Shown: positions 33,531 to 44,869 of the stretch, piece by piece
Layout: each line of letters starts with the position of its first letter
How positions within the stretch are numbered: position 1 is the first letter of the stretch
From: Diplonema japonicum
Taxonomy: Eukaryota; Protista; Euglenozoa: Diplonemea
DNA: 64,000 bases
Direction: 5' to 3'
NCBI GenBank assembly: GCA_964019335.1
Contig: OZ025708.1
Location: 310,001-374,000 of the forward strand
Translations under genes and position numbers: made by a program
The notes under the pieces: model-generated
Seen by the model: only the letters and a program-made list of their open reading frames with translations
Told to the model about the DNA's origin: nothing
Database searches by the model: none

Positions 33531-34007
33531 CATGTATTTGCACTTAGTCACTCGCCCTTTCATCTCGTTATTCCTATTCTGTTTCTACATTTTTATTGTT
33601 TGGTTAGTTGTGGTAGCGCATATTATTATCCTGCGTTGGTTTATTTTCGAAGCGAAAGTAACCATTAAAGGACGGGGGGTTTGGGCAAGGCACTCGTTTG
33701 TTTTCTAAAGTTAAAACATCCTCGAGCATGCATCAATAGACGACCAGGAGGTTAGCCGCTCCTAAAAGTCACAGTAAGAGATTTCAACAGACACCATAGA
33801 GATGAACAGGGCCTCTGTTCTTCAGGATGAGAGCGAGGTTGATGAAACCACCTGAACACCAACCATCTGATTTATACGTGCGCAAGCAAACTTCTTTTTA
33901 TATATATCAAGAGATAGACTCCCACCCCCCCCAAAGGGTGGTCCTCAAGTGGGATTTGCCCTTAAGCATCGCCTTTTATAGTATCCAAGGGAGGGTAAGA
34001 GAGGAAA

Positions 34008-34943
34008 ATGGCGGTGGAAGACGGCCTCCTTCCTGAGGCATTTGACAAGCAAGGCACAAGGGTTGCCCTACTGGAGCACAGCACGAAAAAACGAGTGGAG
34101 AACTTAGAATACCTCAAAACTATCTTCGAATCGGAGTCCGAGGAAGGGGTGCTGTGGATGAACTGTGTGAGAATAAGACAGCGAGATCTAGACACACATT
34201 TTGACGAAGAAAATAGAATCGTAAAAGGAAAGCTGGCATCGTGGTTCGGTCTAGGGCTGTCTTTGTCGGGAGTCTTAGAAATCCCTGTGGGCGTCCAGTT
34301 TGTTAAAGCAGTAGAAGTACTGCTGCAAGAGTATGAATATCAGTACAGCAGCCACATGGAACGGTTCATTAGTGGGTTTAGGGGCAGCAACAGCAGCAGT
34401 GGTGAGCCTGCGATAACTTCCCCTACCAGCCCTGATATAGTTCCCCCGAACCTTCCACAGCTGTTTGCCAAAACCGGCACCTCCTCGAAGCCTGGGCCGT
34501 CTTACCGATTTCTTTCGATCCCAGCTATTCCCATGAAGCTCAACCATCGTGAAGTAATTCTCTGTCTCTGCACCTCTGTTGTGTTTGTGTACAGAAAGTT
34601 CTTGGACAGTGGTTGCATGGAGGACAAAAGCTGTTTGAAAAAAATCCTGAACATCGACAAGAAGCTGAAACACCATTTCTTCGGCCTGCTCTCGAGGGAG
34701 ATCGAGAAGCTGGCGGAGACAATAGTCCGAAAATCGCAGAAATCGGTGTTTCAATGTATGGAGCGACAAAAAAAAAAAAAGAAAAAAACTACAGTATTCG
34801 ATTCATTCCACGAAGATCCTGGAAAGCCCAACGCAGCAGGTCTCCTCTCGGGCTTCACAGAGGACATCACAGGAGCCTCCAGCGAAGACGACGAATACGA
34901 CAATTCCCCGACTGCTCTTTCAGACACTGAGAAAATACTGTGA
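34008..34943 (+). CDS. Uncharacterised protein; probable 39-nt intron at 34756-34794
   Basis: Globular-looking ORF; the poly-Lys run coincides with gtatg...(A)n...cag. Confidence 0.7.
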   Translation: MAVEDGLLPEAFDKQGTRVALLEHSTKKRVENLEYLKTIFESESEEGVLWMNCVRIRQRDLDTHFDEENRIVKGKLASWFGLGLSLSGVLEIPVGVQFVKAVEVLLQEYEYQYSSHMERFISGFRGSNSSSGEPAITSPTSPDIVPPNLPQLFAKTGTSSKPGPSYRFLSIPAIPMKLNHREVILCLCTSVVFVYRKFLDSGCMEDKSCLKKILNIDKKLKHHFFGLLSREIEKLAETIVRKSQKSVFQCMERQKKKKKKTTVFDSFHEDPGKPNAAGLLSGFTEDITGASSEDDEYDNSPTALSDTEKIL

Positions 34944-35005
34944 TATTTTTCCGCCCCCCCCCACCCTTGACCCACAAAAAAAAAAAAGGAGGGGGGAAAA
35001 AAAAA

Positions 35006-36379
35006 ATGCCCGATGAGGTCTTTTTGGACCATTACGAAAAGGGCCCTTTATTAGGAAAAGGTCACTTCGGTGTGGTGTACTCTTGCACGGATAAGCACGG
35101 GACCACGCTTGCTGTCAAACACATCGAGAAGGCAAAGCTCACGCCGACCCAGTTGAAGGACGCCGTTCGGGAGGTGAAGCTCATGAAAGTTGTCGCTGGG
35201 CACAAACACATAGCAAGGTGCGTGCGCCACTACGAGACTGAGATGGAGCTGGACATCGTGATGGAGCTGGTCGAAGGCGGTGAGCTCTTCGATCAAATCG
35301 TGAAGCAAAAACACTATTCCGAAGCCGATGCCGCCGTCGTGGCGCACAACATCCTCACAGCCCTCGACCACATGCATTCCCGGAACGTCACCCACCGAGA
35401 TTTGAAACCAGAGAACATCCTGCTTTCTGACAAGTCCGACATCACCAACATAAAAATCATCGATTTTGGATTCGCCGCATCCACACCACCACTTCTCGAA
35501 CAGTGCTGTGGAACACCGTTGTACATAGCACCGGAGGTTCTCAACTGTGGTTTGTTCAAAACAGGCGGGCCGTACAGCACGGAGTGCGATGTGTGGTCAG
35601 CTGGGGTCATAATCTACATATTGCTGTGCGGGTTCCCGCCGTTTAGAGGCCGCAGCACGAACGAACAGTTTAAGAATATCGTCAGAGGGGTATACGCGTT
35701 CCCCCCAAACCGAGTATGGGGTGTCATTACCGACAGCGCAAAAGACCTAATCTCAAAGCTGCTGGTCTTGGACCCCGCGGACCGGTTATCAGCTCGAGAA
35801 GCTCTTCAACACCCCTGGTTGGAAGGGCGCAGCACCGCACCCGACGCCAACCTCGAAGAAACCGTAACGAATTTAAAAGAATTCAACGCGGTACAGCAAT
35901 GGAGGAAAGGGATTTTCGGTGTGGAAGCGATCACAAGGCTGCAGTACGCCGCGTCGTGCAAGGAGCTGAGCTTGAAACCGAACTCCGAAATCGTTAAAAT
36001 ATTCACAGAAGCAACAACGACGGTCCACTCGTTAGACCTGTCGAAGAACTACATTGGTGCCAAGGGGCTGATGGCGCTCCTCCCGCTGGTTCGCGACAAC
36101 GACAAGATACAAACTGTTATCCTAGGCAACAATGGTATCAACAACGCAGTCATGGAAAAGTTCTGCCAGGTGCTTCGAAAGCACCCCAGCCTAACCTCTG
36201 TGGATCTATCCGATAATCCCATCTCGCACATGTCTGGGAGGTACCTCCTCAATGCCCTGCAAACCAACACCTCGATCACCACGTGCACCTTGGAGGGGAC
36301 AGCCATCATGGAATCAACACTGAAGAAAATCGCGTTGCAGGTAGACCGCAACGTGCAGCTGCAACAACAAAAATCGTGA
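35006..36379 (+). CDS. CaMK-group Ser/Thr kinase with C-terminal RNI-like leucine-rich repeats
   Basis: GKGHFG, AVK, HRDLKPEN, DFG, GTPLYIAPE; LDLSKNYIG, LGNNGI and VDLSDNPI LRRs. Confidence 0.92.
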   Translation: MPDEVFLDHYEKGPLLGKGHFGVVYSCTDKHGTTLAVKHIEKAKLTPTQLKDAVREVKLMKVVAGHKHIARCVRHYETEMELDIVMELVEGGELFDQIVKQKHYSEADAAVVAHNILTALDHMHSRNVTHRDLKPENILLSDKSDITNIKIIDFGFAASTPPLLEQCCGTPLYIAPEVLNCGLFKTGGPYSTECDVWSAGVIIYILLCGFPPFRGRSTNEQFKNIVRGVYAFPPNRVWGVITDSAKDLISKLLVLDPADRLSAREALQHPWLEGRSTAPDANLEETVTNLKEFNAVQQWRKGIFGVEAITRLQYAASCKELSLKPNSEIVKIFTEATTTVHSLDLSKNYIGAKGLMALLPLVRDNDKIQTVILGNNGINNAVMEKFCQVLRKHPSLTSVDLSDNPISHMSGRYLLNALQTNTSITTCTLEGTAIMESTLKKIALQVDRNVQLQQQKS

Positions 36380-37041
36380 CCTTTTTTTTTGGGGGGGGGA
36401 GAGGGGTGTTGAGCTACACATCTCAATTCAATTGTAGTTCTTGTGCAGGGTGCCATCTCTTTTTTTTTTTTTTTTATATTTGTGCTCATATATAAATTAT
36501 ATGTGGTTTCCCCCGCCTTTTACTCCCGTTGTCCTAACCACTCGGGAGCGGGGGGAACCCTGTCCCAGTTCCCCCCCCCCTTTTTTTTGGTCCGATACAC
36601 GATTATTCCATCTTGGTGGGGGGGGATCCTGAAAAAGGAGGAGAAAAGGGTTTGTTCTTTTTTTTCCCCAAGTTTCATCAACCCTCTGATGGGGGGGGGG
36701 GGGGAGTAAGACTATCGAAAGAAAAAAACTGGGGAACGGGGGGGGGGGGGGGCGGAAAAGTACCACTATCAGAAGAAGAAAAAAAAGAAGAACAGAAAGA
36801 AGTACCGGAGAGGGTATGCTTCCTTACTGCTTTATTCTCCTATTACTAACGCTTTTTTTTGCACAAAAATAAATGCAAAAGGGAAAAAAAAAGAAGAACG
36901 AGTGTTTCGGGGGGGGGGGGGGGGGGGGTGCGCCTTGCTGTTCGATTTCTTCCCCCCCTCCCCCCCCCCCGTCTTTTTTTTGCGTAATATTTTTTTTTTC
37001 AAAAAAAAACCCCCCCTGTTCAGGGGAAAAAAAAAAAAAAA

Positions 37042-38124
37042 ATGTCAGGTAGCGTTGACAACCGGAAAGAACTGCGAAGCGTGCAAGAAAAATACCCAGA
37101 CATGTTCATCCTGGGCCCCGAGACGACATCGAAGCAGGTGGAGGCTTACCTCGTAACGCAGAAATGGCCTGGAGCGACCGGAGAAGTGACGAAGATAACC
37201 CCTGCAGGGGAAGTGTTCAACATGAACTGCACCGTCCGCGTCGCGTTCACAACGGGAAGCGTTGTCTTGAAACAAAGCCGGCCATTCGTGGAGAGATACC
37301 CCACCGTCCAGGCCCCGATAGAAAGGGTGAACGCGGAGGCATTATTCTACAGCCTTGTAGGCAAGGCCGGCCTGGACACCATGACACCAAAACTCTTAGG
37401 TCACGACACCTCCTCTTACATCATCTGCATGGAAGACCTTGGAAAAGCCAGCGACTACGGAACTCTGTACACCGGGGACAAAATACCCGTTCCCGCAGCG
37501 GAAAGCCTTGGAAAATGGCTGGCTCAGCTACACAAAGCAACCTTCAACGAATGTGATAGAAAACAGCTTGTCAACGACGGTATGCTGCAGCTAACATCCG
37601 ATTACGTCTTCACCCTCCCTATGAAGGATGAGGGTGGCGGTGTTGATCTCGATAAGATCACCCCAGGGCTGTCACATCATGCGGAAGAGCTGCGACGCGA
37701 CGCAACGTTCTCTGCTGAGGTCGAAACCTTGTGTCGGAAGTATCTCAACCCGGAAAGCACCACATCCTTGCTTCATGGGGACTTCTTCCCAGCGTCATGG
37801 ATGACGTGTCCCTCGGGGCCTCGTGTTATCGATTGTGAATTTGCTCACTTCGGTACATCAGAGTTCGACCTTGGTGTGGCCCTTGGGCATCTGATCCTCA
37901 CTGACAACCGGCCTGCCGCTGCTGCGTTCTTGCAAGCCTACACTGTTACCCGTTCTTGCGATGTGCCCCTTGCTATGCAATTCGCCGGTGTGGAGATCAT
38001 GCGGCGCACCATAGGCCTTGCACAGCTTCCCCTTGAAGGCCCCCTTGCCACCCTCGATCACAAAACAACCATGCTTTCATGCGCTAGGCAGCTTGTCTGT
38101 CAGCCCTCATCGTGGACTATGTGA
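37042..38124 (+). CDS. 5-methylthioribose kinase-like / APH-family phosphotransferase
   Basis: GE..NMN, VLKQSRPFV, MEDLG, LLHGDF and IDCEFAHFG..EFDLG motifs. Confidence 0.8.
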   Translation: MSGSVDNRKELRSVQEKYPDMFILGPETTSKQVEAYLVTQKWPGATGEVTKITPAGEVFNMNCTVRVAFTTGSVVLKQSRPFVERYPTVQAPIERVNAEALFYSLVGKAGLDTMTPKLLGHDTSSYIICMEDLGKASDYGTLYTGDKIPVPAAESLGKWLAQLHKATFNECDRKQLVNDGMLQLTSDYVFTLPMKDEGGGVDLDKITPGLSHHAEELRRDATFSAEVETLCRKYLNPESTTSLLHGDFFPASWMTCPSGPRVIDCEFAHFGTSEFDLGVALGHLILTDNRPAAAAFLQAYTVTRSCDVPLAMQFAGVEIMRRTIGLAQLPLEGPLATLDHKTTMLSCARQLVCQPSSWTM

Positions 38125-38608
38125 TTGAGGGTGGGGGGGGGGGGGGGGGGAGTGCGAAAATTTCCGCATGCTTTTTGATATCCACCAGGGAAGCCTTTTT
38201 TCAAGGGGCAAAAGAGAAACGGAAAAGAAGAGACTGGAAGGATCCAATATATATGAGAGATGCACCTTCTCCCCCCCCTTTTTTTTGGCGCAAAAGAAAA
38301 AAAAAGAAGAAGAAGAAGAAGAAGAAGAAAAGAGTTAGTAATTAGCATTTTGTTTTGGTGCACACGATACATATTCCTGAAATAAGCACTGCACTACTCT
38401 TACAAAGAAACCGAGCAGTACTTAAATACAAAAGAAGAAAAGAAGAAGAAGAAGAAAAAAAAACGATCGATGTGGCTCTCTTTCCCCCTCCTCCCTTTTT
38501 TTCTTTCTTTCTTTTCTTTTCTTTTTGAGTATGAACATTGCAACACCACATCGACGAAAAAAAAAAAAAAAAAAAAACAGAGAAAAAAAAAAAAAAAAAA
38601 AAAACACA

Positions 38609-40123
38609 ATGCGTGTGCTGCCTGTCCTGCTTGCCGCTGTGGCGGCATGCAGTGCCGATCCGATGATCTGGCCGCTGCCCTCGTCCTTCACGAACGGGAC
38701 GTCCACCATTGCCATCGATGGGTCTGGGTTCCAGTTCAAGGCCACGACACCTTCTGCTGACCTGACGGCAGCCTTCGGGCGCTACACGGCACAGACCTTC
38801 CAGCACAGGCCCGTCGGGACCAGCGGGATCTCGACCGCCACGGTGACTGTTGTGAACCCCACTGCGGAGCTGCAGCTTGGCGTGGACGAGTCGTACACCC
38901 TGTCGGTGACAGCAAGCGCGATCACCATCAACGCCCCCACACAGTTCGGCGCGTACTACGCAATGGAGACGCTCTCTCAGCTGGTGATCTTCGACTTCGA
39001 CACCCAGCAGTACGTGGTCAAGAACGGTCCCTGGGCCATCAACGACAAGCCGAGGTTCATCCACCGTGAAGTGCTGATCGACTCCGCCCGCCACTTCGAG
39101 CCCGTAGAGACCCTCAAGAACATCATCACTAGCTTCACCTACGCAAAGATCAACACGATGCACTGGCATCTTGTGGACCAGCAGTCCTTCCCGTACGACT
39201 CCCCCACCTACCCTAAGCTGTCGAAGATGGGTGCCTACTCCAACTTCGAGAGGTTCAGCCAGAACGACGTGAAGGACGTTGTGGAGTACGCCAGGCAGAG
39301 GGGTGTGCGTGTGCTCGTGGAGGTCGACACTCCCGGGCACGCCGCTTCGTGGTGCAAGGGCCACCCTGAGATCTGCCCCTCGCCCACCTGCACAATGCCC
39401 CTGAACCCCGCAACGAACGCCACCTTTGAGCTCATCGAGGGGCTGTTCAAGGACCTGAAGGATGCCACCATCGACAACCACTTCCACATCGGTGGTGACG
39501 AGGTGAACACGAACTGCTGGACGTCGACCCCAGCTGTGCAGGCATGGCTGACCGAGCAGGGGTACACCGCGGACCAGGCGTACGCCTACTTCAGCGGGAG
39601 GGTGTCCGACATCGTCTTCGGGATGAACAGGTCCGTGACAGGGTGGGAGGAGCTGTGGGACCACTTCGGCACCAAGCTCGACAAAAGGACCATCATCCAG
39701 CAGTGGCTTCCCGGGTCCACCATCGCGAAGCAGGCGACCGCCGCTGGCTACCGTGTCATCTGGTCGACCGACGGTGTGTGGTACCTTGATGGGCTGTCCG
39801 TGACGTGGGAGACCATGTACCAGCAGGAGCCGTGCACCGGCATCGCTGACAACCTCTGTGACACCCTCGTGCTCGGTGGGGGTGGTGAGATGTGGGGTGA
39901 GACCGTTGACACCAGCGACATCCAGAACACGATCTGGCCCAGGATGGCCGCCATTGCTGAGCGTCTGTGGTCCCCCAGGACTGTCACCGACCAGAAGAAG
40001 GCCGCCCCCAGGATTGCCTACTTCAGGTGCCTCCTCAACCGCCGTGGGGTCGGTGCTGCGCCCGTCAACAACAAGGTGGCCAGGCAGGCCCCCCCTGGCC
40101 CCGGCAGCTGCTTCGACCAGTAA
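38609..40123 (+). CDS. Beta-N-acetylhexosaminidase (GH20)
   Basis: Signal peptide; IWPLP, DESY, D.PRF.HR..LIDSARHF, HWHLVD, EVDTPGH, HIGGDEV, WYLD, WPR..AIAERLWS. Confidence 0.96.
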   Translation: MRVLPVLLAAVAACSADPMIWPLPSSFTNGTSTIAIDGSGFQFKATTPSADLTAAFGRYTAQTFQHRPVGTSGISTATVTVVNPTAELQLGVDESYTLSVTASAITINAPTQFGAYYAMETLSQLVIFDFDTQQYVVKNGPWAINDKPRFIHREVLIDSARHFEPVETLKNIITSFTYAKINTMHWHLVDQQSFPYDSPTYPKLSKMGAYSNFERFSQNDVKDVVEYARQRGVRVLVEVDTPGHAASWCKGHPEICPSPTCTMPLNPATNATFELIEGLFKDLKDATIDNHFHIGGDEVNTNCWTSTPAVQAWLTEQGYTADQAYAYFSGRVSDIVFGMNRSVTGWEELWDHFGTKLDKRTIIQQWLPGSTIAKQATAAGYRVIWSTDGVWYLDGLSVTWETMYQQEPCTGIADNLCDTLVLGGGGEMWGETVDTSDIQNTIWPRMAAIAERLWSPRTVTDQKKAAPRIAYFRCLLNRRGVGAAPVNNKVARQAPPGPGSCFDQ

Positions 40124-40484
40124 GGATATAGTTATGTAGTTAACAGTTTTATATAAAAAAAAGAGAGGGAGAAAGAGGATTTTTTTTAAGAAAGATAATG
40201 TTCTCCGCAATTCGTCACATCCCGCCAGCTATCGGCAGTTCCTGGTTTTTTTTTTATCAAAAAGGAAGGGAGGGGAAGCAAAAAAAAGAGAAAAAAAAAT
40301 TAAATTCCGTTCATTCGTTTTTTGCTTTTATTTTTTTTGTGGTGCATCTTCCAATTGAATGTCAATAAGGAAGCAGTCCCTCGAGGCCACCTTTTTGGGG
40401 GGTTTATGATAGGTACGGCACCGAAAGAAAAAAAAGAAAAAAGAAAAAAAGAAGGATGCATAACGTGCGAAGAATGGTAATTTC

Positions 40485-40517
<33 letters not shown>

Positions 40518-40837
40518 CCCTTTTTTTTTTCTTCTCTTCTCTTTTAGCCAAGCGAAAAAGGTGCTTAGCGTTTGGGAGTGTGGACATGTTGCGTGGGAAC
40601 ATTGCTGCCAACGTTTGTGTTTTCTATTTTTTTTTCTTTCTTTTTTCTGCCCCATTTTTTTTTTCTTTTAAAATCCTCCCTCTCTCTCCCTTTACCGTTG
40701 TCACATTTTGTGAAATCGAATAGTGCGTCGTTTTTTTTTTTTTTTTTCTTCCATCCCCCCTTTCCCCTTGTTCATTACCGTTTACATCAATGTAACAACC
40801 CCCCCCTCCAAAAAAGAAAAATCAGAAGGAAAAAAAA

Positions 40838-41734
40838 ATGTTGAACAAGGCATTGTTGCTGTTGGGAGTGGCGTCTGTGGGAGCTAGCAGAATCGGAGGT
40901 CTTCTTCCCACCCCGAAGGATCAGAAGTATGTGGTGAAGTCCCCGCTCCCTCAGGACACCTTCGCGGCCCCTGCAGCATGGGACTGGAGAAACGCAAGCG
41001 TCAACGGCGGCCCCGCTAGAAACTGGTGCACGAAGTCGATCAACCAGCACATCCCGCAGTACTGTGGGTCGTGCTGGGCCATGGGTTCCACTTCTGCCCT
41101 TGCCGACAGGCTCCGCATTAAGAGAAATGCTGCCTGGCCCGACGTTGAACTGTCCGTCCAGACTGCAGTGTACTGCCTATCCAACGGATGCGGTGGTGGG
41201 TATGCAGCATCTGTCTACCAGTACGCACACAAAACTGGTCTCCCTTCCGACACCTGCCAAAACTACATTGCTGAGGGCACCGGTCAGGAGTGCACCCCGA
41301 TGCATGTTTGCCAGAACTGTGCCCCCGGTGCTGGGTGCTCAGTTGTGACCAACTTCACAAAGTTTTATGTTGACGAATACGCGTCCATGGGTGGCGAGCA
41401 GGCTATGATGGCCGAGATCGCCGCTAGGGGGCCCATTGCTTGCTCTCTTGATGCTGAGCCCATTGAGGAGTGGGGTTTTAAGGTGTGGGGGACTCCCTCT
41501 GCCAAGTCTGTTTTCGTTGACACCACCAACGCCCACCAGCACAACCACGAGATCTCCGTCGTGGGTTACGGTGCCACCGCGCAGGGGCAGAAGTACTGGA
41601 TCGTCCGCAACTCGTGGGGCAACTACTGGGCCGACAACGGGTACTTCCTCCTTGAGCGTGGCACCAACCAGCTCGGGATTGAGGACGCCGGGACCTGCGA
41701 CTGGGCCACCCCCATCGTCCCCCCTGGTTACTAG
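40838..41734 (+). CDS. CTSZ: Cathepsin Z/X (papain family C1A)
   Basis: Short propeptide; NQHIPQYCGSCWA with the HIP mini-loop; NHEISVVGYG; WIVRNSWG. Confidence 0.93.
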   Translation: MLNKALLLLGVASVGASRIGGLLPTPKDQKYVVKSPLPQDTFAAPAAWDWRNASVNGGPARNWCTKSINQHIPQYCGSCWAMGSTSALADRLRIKRNAAWPDVELSVQTAVYCLSNGCGGGYAASVYQYAHKTGLPSDTCQNYIAEGTGQECTPMHVCQNCAPGAGCSVVTNFTKFYVDEYASMGGEQAMMAEIAARGPIACSLDAEPIEEWGFKVWGTPSAKSVFVDTTNAHQHNHEISVVGYGATAQGQKYWIVRNSWGNYWADNGYFLLERGTNQLGIEDAGTCDWATPIVPPGY

Positions 41735-42081
41735 AAAAATGGACAGGTGCCATGCATTTTGAACGTTTTTTTTTTTTTTTTTTTTGTTTTTGTTTTACCC
41801 ACCTCCCCCTCATTTCTTTTCTCTTTTTTTTTTTTTTTTTTACTTTCTCTCTTTTTTTTTCCCCTCCCTCGTATTTCTTTTTTAGAGATGGCGTAGGGGG
41901 GAAAAAAAAGGAGAAAAAATAGAAAAAAATAAAATAAAAAGAGACACACGCGTGATGATTGATTTCTTTTTTACCCCCCCCCCCAGCTCCCTTTTTTTTG
42001 TGTTATTTTTGTGTAACCTCCCCCCCCACAGCTTCCCAAATACAATTCAAAACATCAAAAAAAAAAAAGTGAGGGGGAGAA

Positions 42082-42819
42082 ATGATGTCTGACCCATTGG
42101 ACCTGTGCCTCGAAGGTGATGGTTTGAAGAGCAGTGATCTGGATGACCCGTTCTCGGTCCTGTACAGAGATATCGCACCGGCGCAGAGGTACGTGAAAAT
42201 AAAAGCGGGCGGCGCAGATCTGTCAGGTGGGCAGCCCACTGCATGCGTGGTGTCGGGACTCCCTTGGTGGATCAACGACGTAGAACTCGAGAAAGCACTA
42301 GCAGAAAAAAGCATCTCGGGGGTGGCCATGATACGGTTTTATGAATCGGCTGTCAACGGCAAGAGCAAAGGCGCGGCGTTTATTAAATTCCACTCCAGCC
42401 ACTCCGTTCAGGAATGTGTGAAAAATTTTGATTCTTACACCGATACCTACGGCTCGTACACTGTGATTGTAAAGCTGCTGAGTCCGGAGGCAGGGCTTGC
42501 CTTCTGCGGGACGGGAGCGTTGCCTCTTCTCGAACAAATTTTAAACCCACCGCAACCTGTGCAAACAGTCCCAGTGCAACCGCAGCAGACTACAAACGCC
42601 TCTCCCATATCACTCACGACGCTTCTTCAGAGCCGTGGGACAGCTGCCGATTTCGACCCCAAGAAGGCGGACCTTATTAGGCAGATGCAAATGCAGCTGA
42701 GCGAGGCAAGCGCGTCGGGAAGCTTCGCCTCCCTCGCTGGGCAGCTCGGTGGTGTGAAGAGAGGCCTGCCAAACCCGCTTCAGAACCTGTTTGACGCAAA
42801 ACAACGGAGGGTGAATTGA
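42082..42819 (+). CDS. CPSF6: RRM protein resembling cleavage factor Im large subunit (CPSF6/CFIm68)
   Basis: GLPWWINDVEL and FYES.VNGKSKG.AFI match the distinctive CFIm68 RRM pattern. Confidence 0.7.
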   Translation: MMSDPLDLCLEGDGLKSSDLDDPFSVLYRDIAPAQRYVKIKAGGADLSGGQPTACVVSGLPWWINDVELEKALAEKSISGVAMIRFYESAVNGKSKGAAFIKFHSSHSVQECVKNFDSYTDTYGSYTVIVKLLSPEAGLAFCGTGALPLLEQILNPPQPVQTVPVQPQQTTNASPISLTTLLQSRGTAADFDPKKADLIRQMQMQLSEASASGSFASLAGQLGGVKRGLPNPLQNLFDAKQRRVN

Positions 42820-42921
42820 AGACTCGGTGAGGAGAAGAAAAAAAAAAAAGAAAAAAAAAAGTGTCCTATATATATATTCAGTGTGTATACCTATTTTTTT
42901 GACACCAATTTTTTTTTTTTT

Positions 42922-42958
<37 letters not shown>

Positions 42959-42975
42959 AAAGGGTGAAAAAAGAA

Positions 42976-44527
42976 ATGTCATCAATCCTTTCCTTCGGTG
43001 CGAAGGAAGGTAGTATGTGGACGGCGTACGTCCTCACCATCAATGTGGTTTTCGGAAGCGGGGTGCTGGCGATGCCCCACGCCATTCAAAAAGCAGGGTT
43101 TTTGTTGGGAGAGGTGATGCTGGCTGCGATTTCGTGCGTGGCGTGGGTCACAGTGATGTGGACCATCGAGGCAATCTCCCGTTTGAGTTATTTACACTCG
43201 CTGTGGAGCCACGGCGAGGTCGTGGCCTCGAAGGAGGACGAGGAAGGCCCGCTAATGTCCACACAAGAGTTCGACCCCGAGATCGTTCTGTTCTTGGAGG
43301 CGAACAACGTCGCAGATTCGGCAAAACCCAGCACGGAACACATCAAAAGATGGGAGGTCAACCAACTATGCCAAGCATTCTTAGGAACCCGCTGGGCAAT
43401 GGCCTACGACGCCTGCTTAACCATATACACATGGGCGGTAATGTGGCTTTACGTCACAGTATGGTGCCAAGCTTTCGTGACCATGGTCCCGTTGGGCAAC
43501 ATGACGAGCTTCCAGGAGTGTTCAACCCCTTTTAAGGGAGATTGTGAAAACTCATACAGAATTTTTGTTGGGGTGTTCACCGTTACAATGTCTGTCCTGT
43601 GTATCAAAGAATGGAAGGCGTTCGAGAAAATTCAAAGCTTCTTCACAATCTTCGCCTACGTATGTTTGGTGGTGATGTTAACGTCCATAATAGTGGGGTT
43701 GATGAAAGTACCTTACATAGATTCAGATGGGGTACTGGCAACGAACAGTTCGTCCGCGCCGTACTGGGCGGACGGGAACAAAGTCGCTGATTTTAGTCAG
43801 TTTGGAAGTTTGTTTGGAACGTGTATTTTCTCGCAGATGGCGCATCAGGGAACAGCGCAGATTCTTGATTCCATTGATGATAAGAAAAAAATCGGGAGGT
43901 TGTTCATTTTGGCGTTCATTACGACCTCGTTGTTCTACACAATTCTCTCTGTGGCTGCAGCTTTGTACTTCGGCAGCCTTGTTAATGATATTGTAACGCT
44001 CAACTGGGAGACTTATTCGTTGAACTCGGACCACTCCCGCAATGCGTTTGATAAGCTTTTGTTTTGCTGCATTGTGGTGTTTCCTGTTGGAACGACCTCG
44101 GCGGCGTATATGTTTTTCGTGCGGACGATCGGACAACAGTTGCAACACTGGGTCCCCCCGCACTACACGGAAACTTATTCCCAAAACAAGGTCACAATTG
44201 TATGCAAGGTGATCGCGTTCACGCCACCCATCATCGGTGGAGTGTTGAACGGCAACGTGAAAACCATTGTAAACGTTGCAGGGCTGTTCGGTTTCTTTGT
44301 GATGATCGTGTTCCCTTCTCTGTTGCAGATCGGCAGCGTTCGTCTGTGCAAGAAATTGGGGGTAGAGTCCAGAACACCGTTTGAAGGCTTGCACAGGTAT
44401 ATTATTTTGTATTAAAAAAAATTTAAAAAAAAAAAAAAAAATCAGTTCAATTAATGCGGTGTACGCGCTGCTTGTCGTCGGTGCGGGTGGTCTGGTGCTT
44501 TACGTTTACAACATCATCACGGGGTAA
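42976..44527 (+). CDS. Amino-acid transporter (AAAP/SLC38, TMEM104-like); intron at 44397-44445
   Basis: N..FGSGVLAMP.A...AG motif and about 11 TMs; splicing restores a final TM helix (AVYALLVVGAGGLVLYVYNIITG*). Confidence 0.88.
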
Positions 44528-44612
44528 AAAAAAAGTTGGGGGGGGGGGGGGGGGGGATGTGCGTGACTCAAAGTTTTCTTCTTTCCAAACTCCGGTTATA
44601 TTATTATTATCC

Positions 44613-44651
44613 AACCAACGATTCTAAAGCTACAGTTTCTGTACTTTATTG
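44613..44651 (+). ncRNA. SL: Complete 39-nt spliced-leader (mini-exon) sequence
   Basis: AACCAACGATTCTAAAGCTACAGTTTCTGTACTTTATTG: 39 nt, with the kinetoplastid/diplonemid conserved 3' half CAGTTTCTGTACTTTATTG. Confidence 0.92.
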
Positions 44652-44709
44652 GTGTCCGACCGTGCCGATAAAGTTAACACAGCAACGGTTTGAAAAGAAA
44701 ATACAAATA

Positions 44710-44845
44710 TTGGAAGTAAGAACGCGACATCAAGGTTCAACGGAGTATAAAGATTTAGAGGAAGTGTAAAAGTGTAACGGAAATAAAAGTAAACAGAAGT
44801 GTAAGGGTCAACGGAAGTGTATAAGTTTAGGAAGGGTAAAGGTTT
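44710..44845 (+). repeat. Degenerate purine-rich minisatellite (ggaagtgtaa / tcaacggaag units)
   Basis: Repeated gaagtgta and caacgga words. Confidence 0.7.
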
Positions 44846-44869
44846 CTAGGTTAGTGCAAGGAGAAAGGC

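Noticed and set aside
38342-40210. 622-aa minus-strand ORF (and similar ones at 11442, 21259, 60862)
   Set aside because: Antisense shadows of GC3-biased or repetitive plus-strand genes; no motifs.
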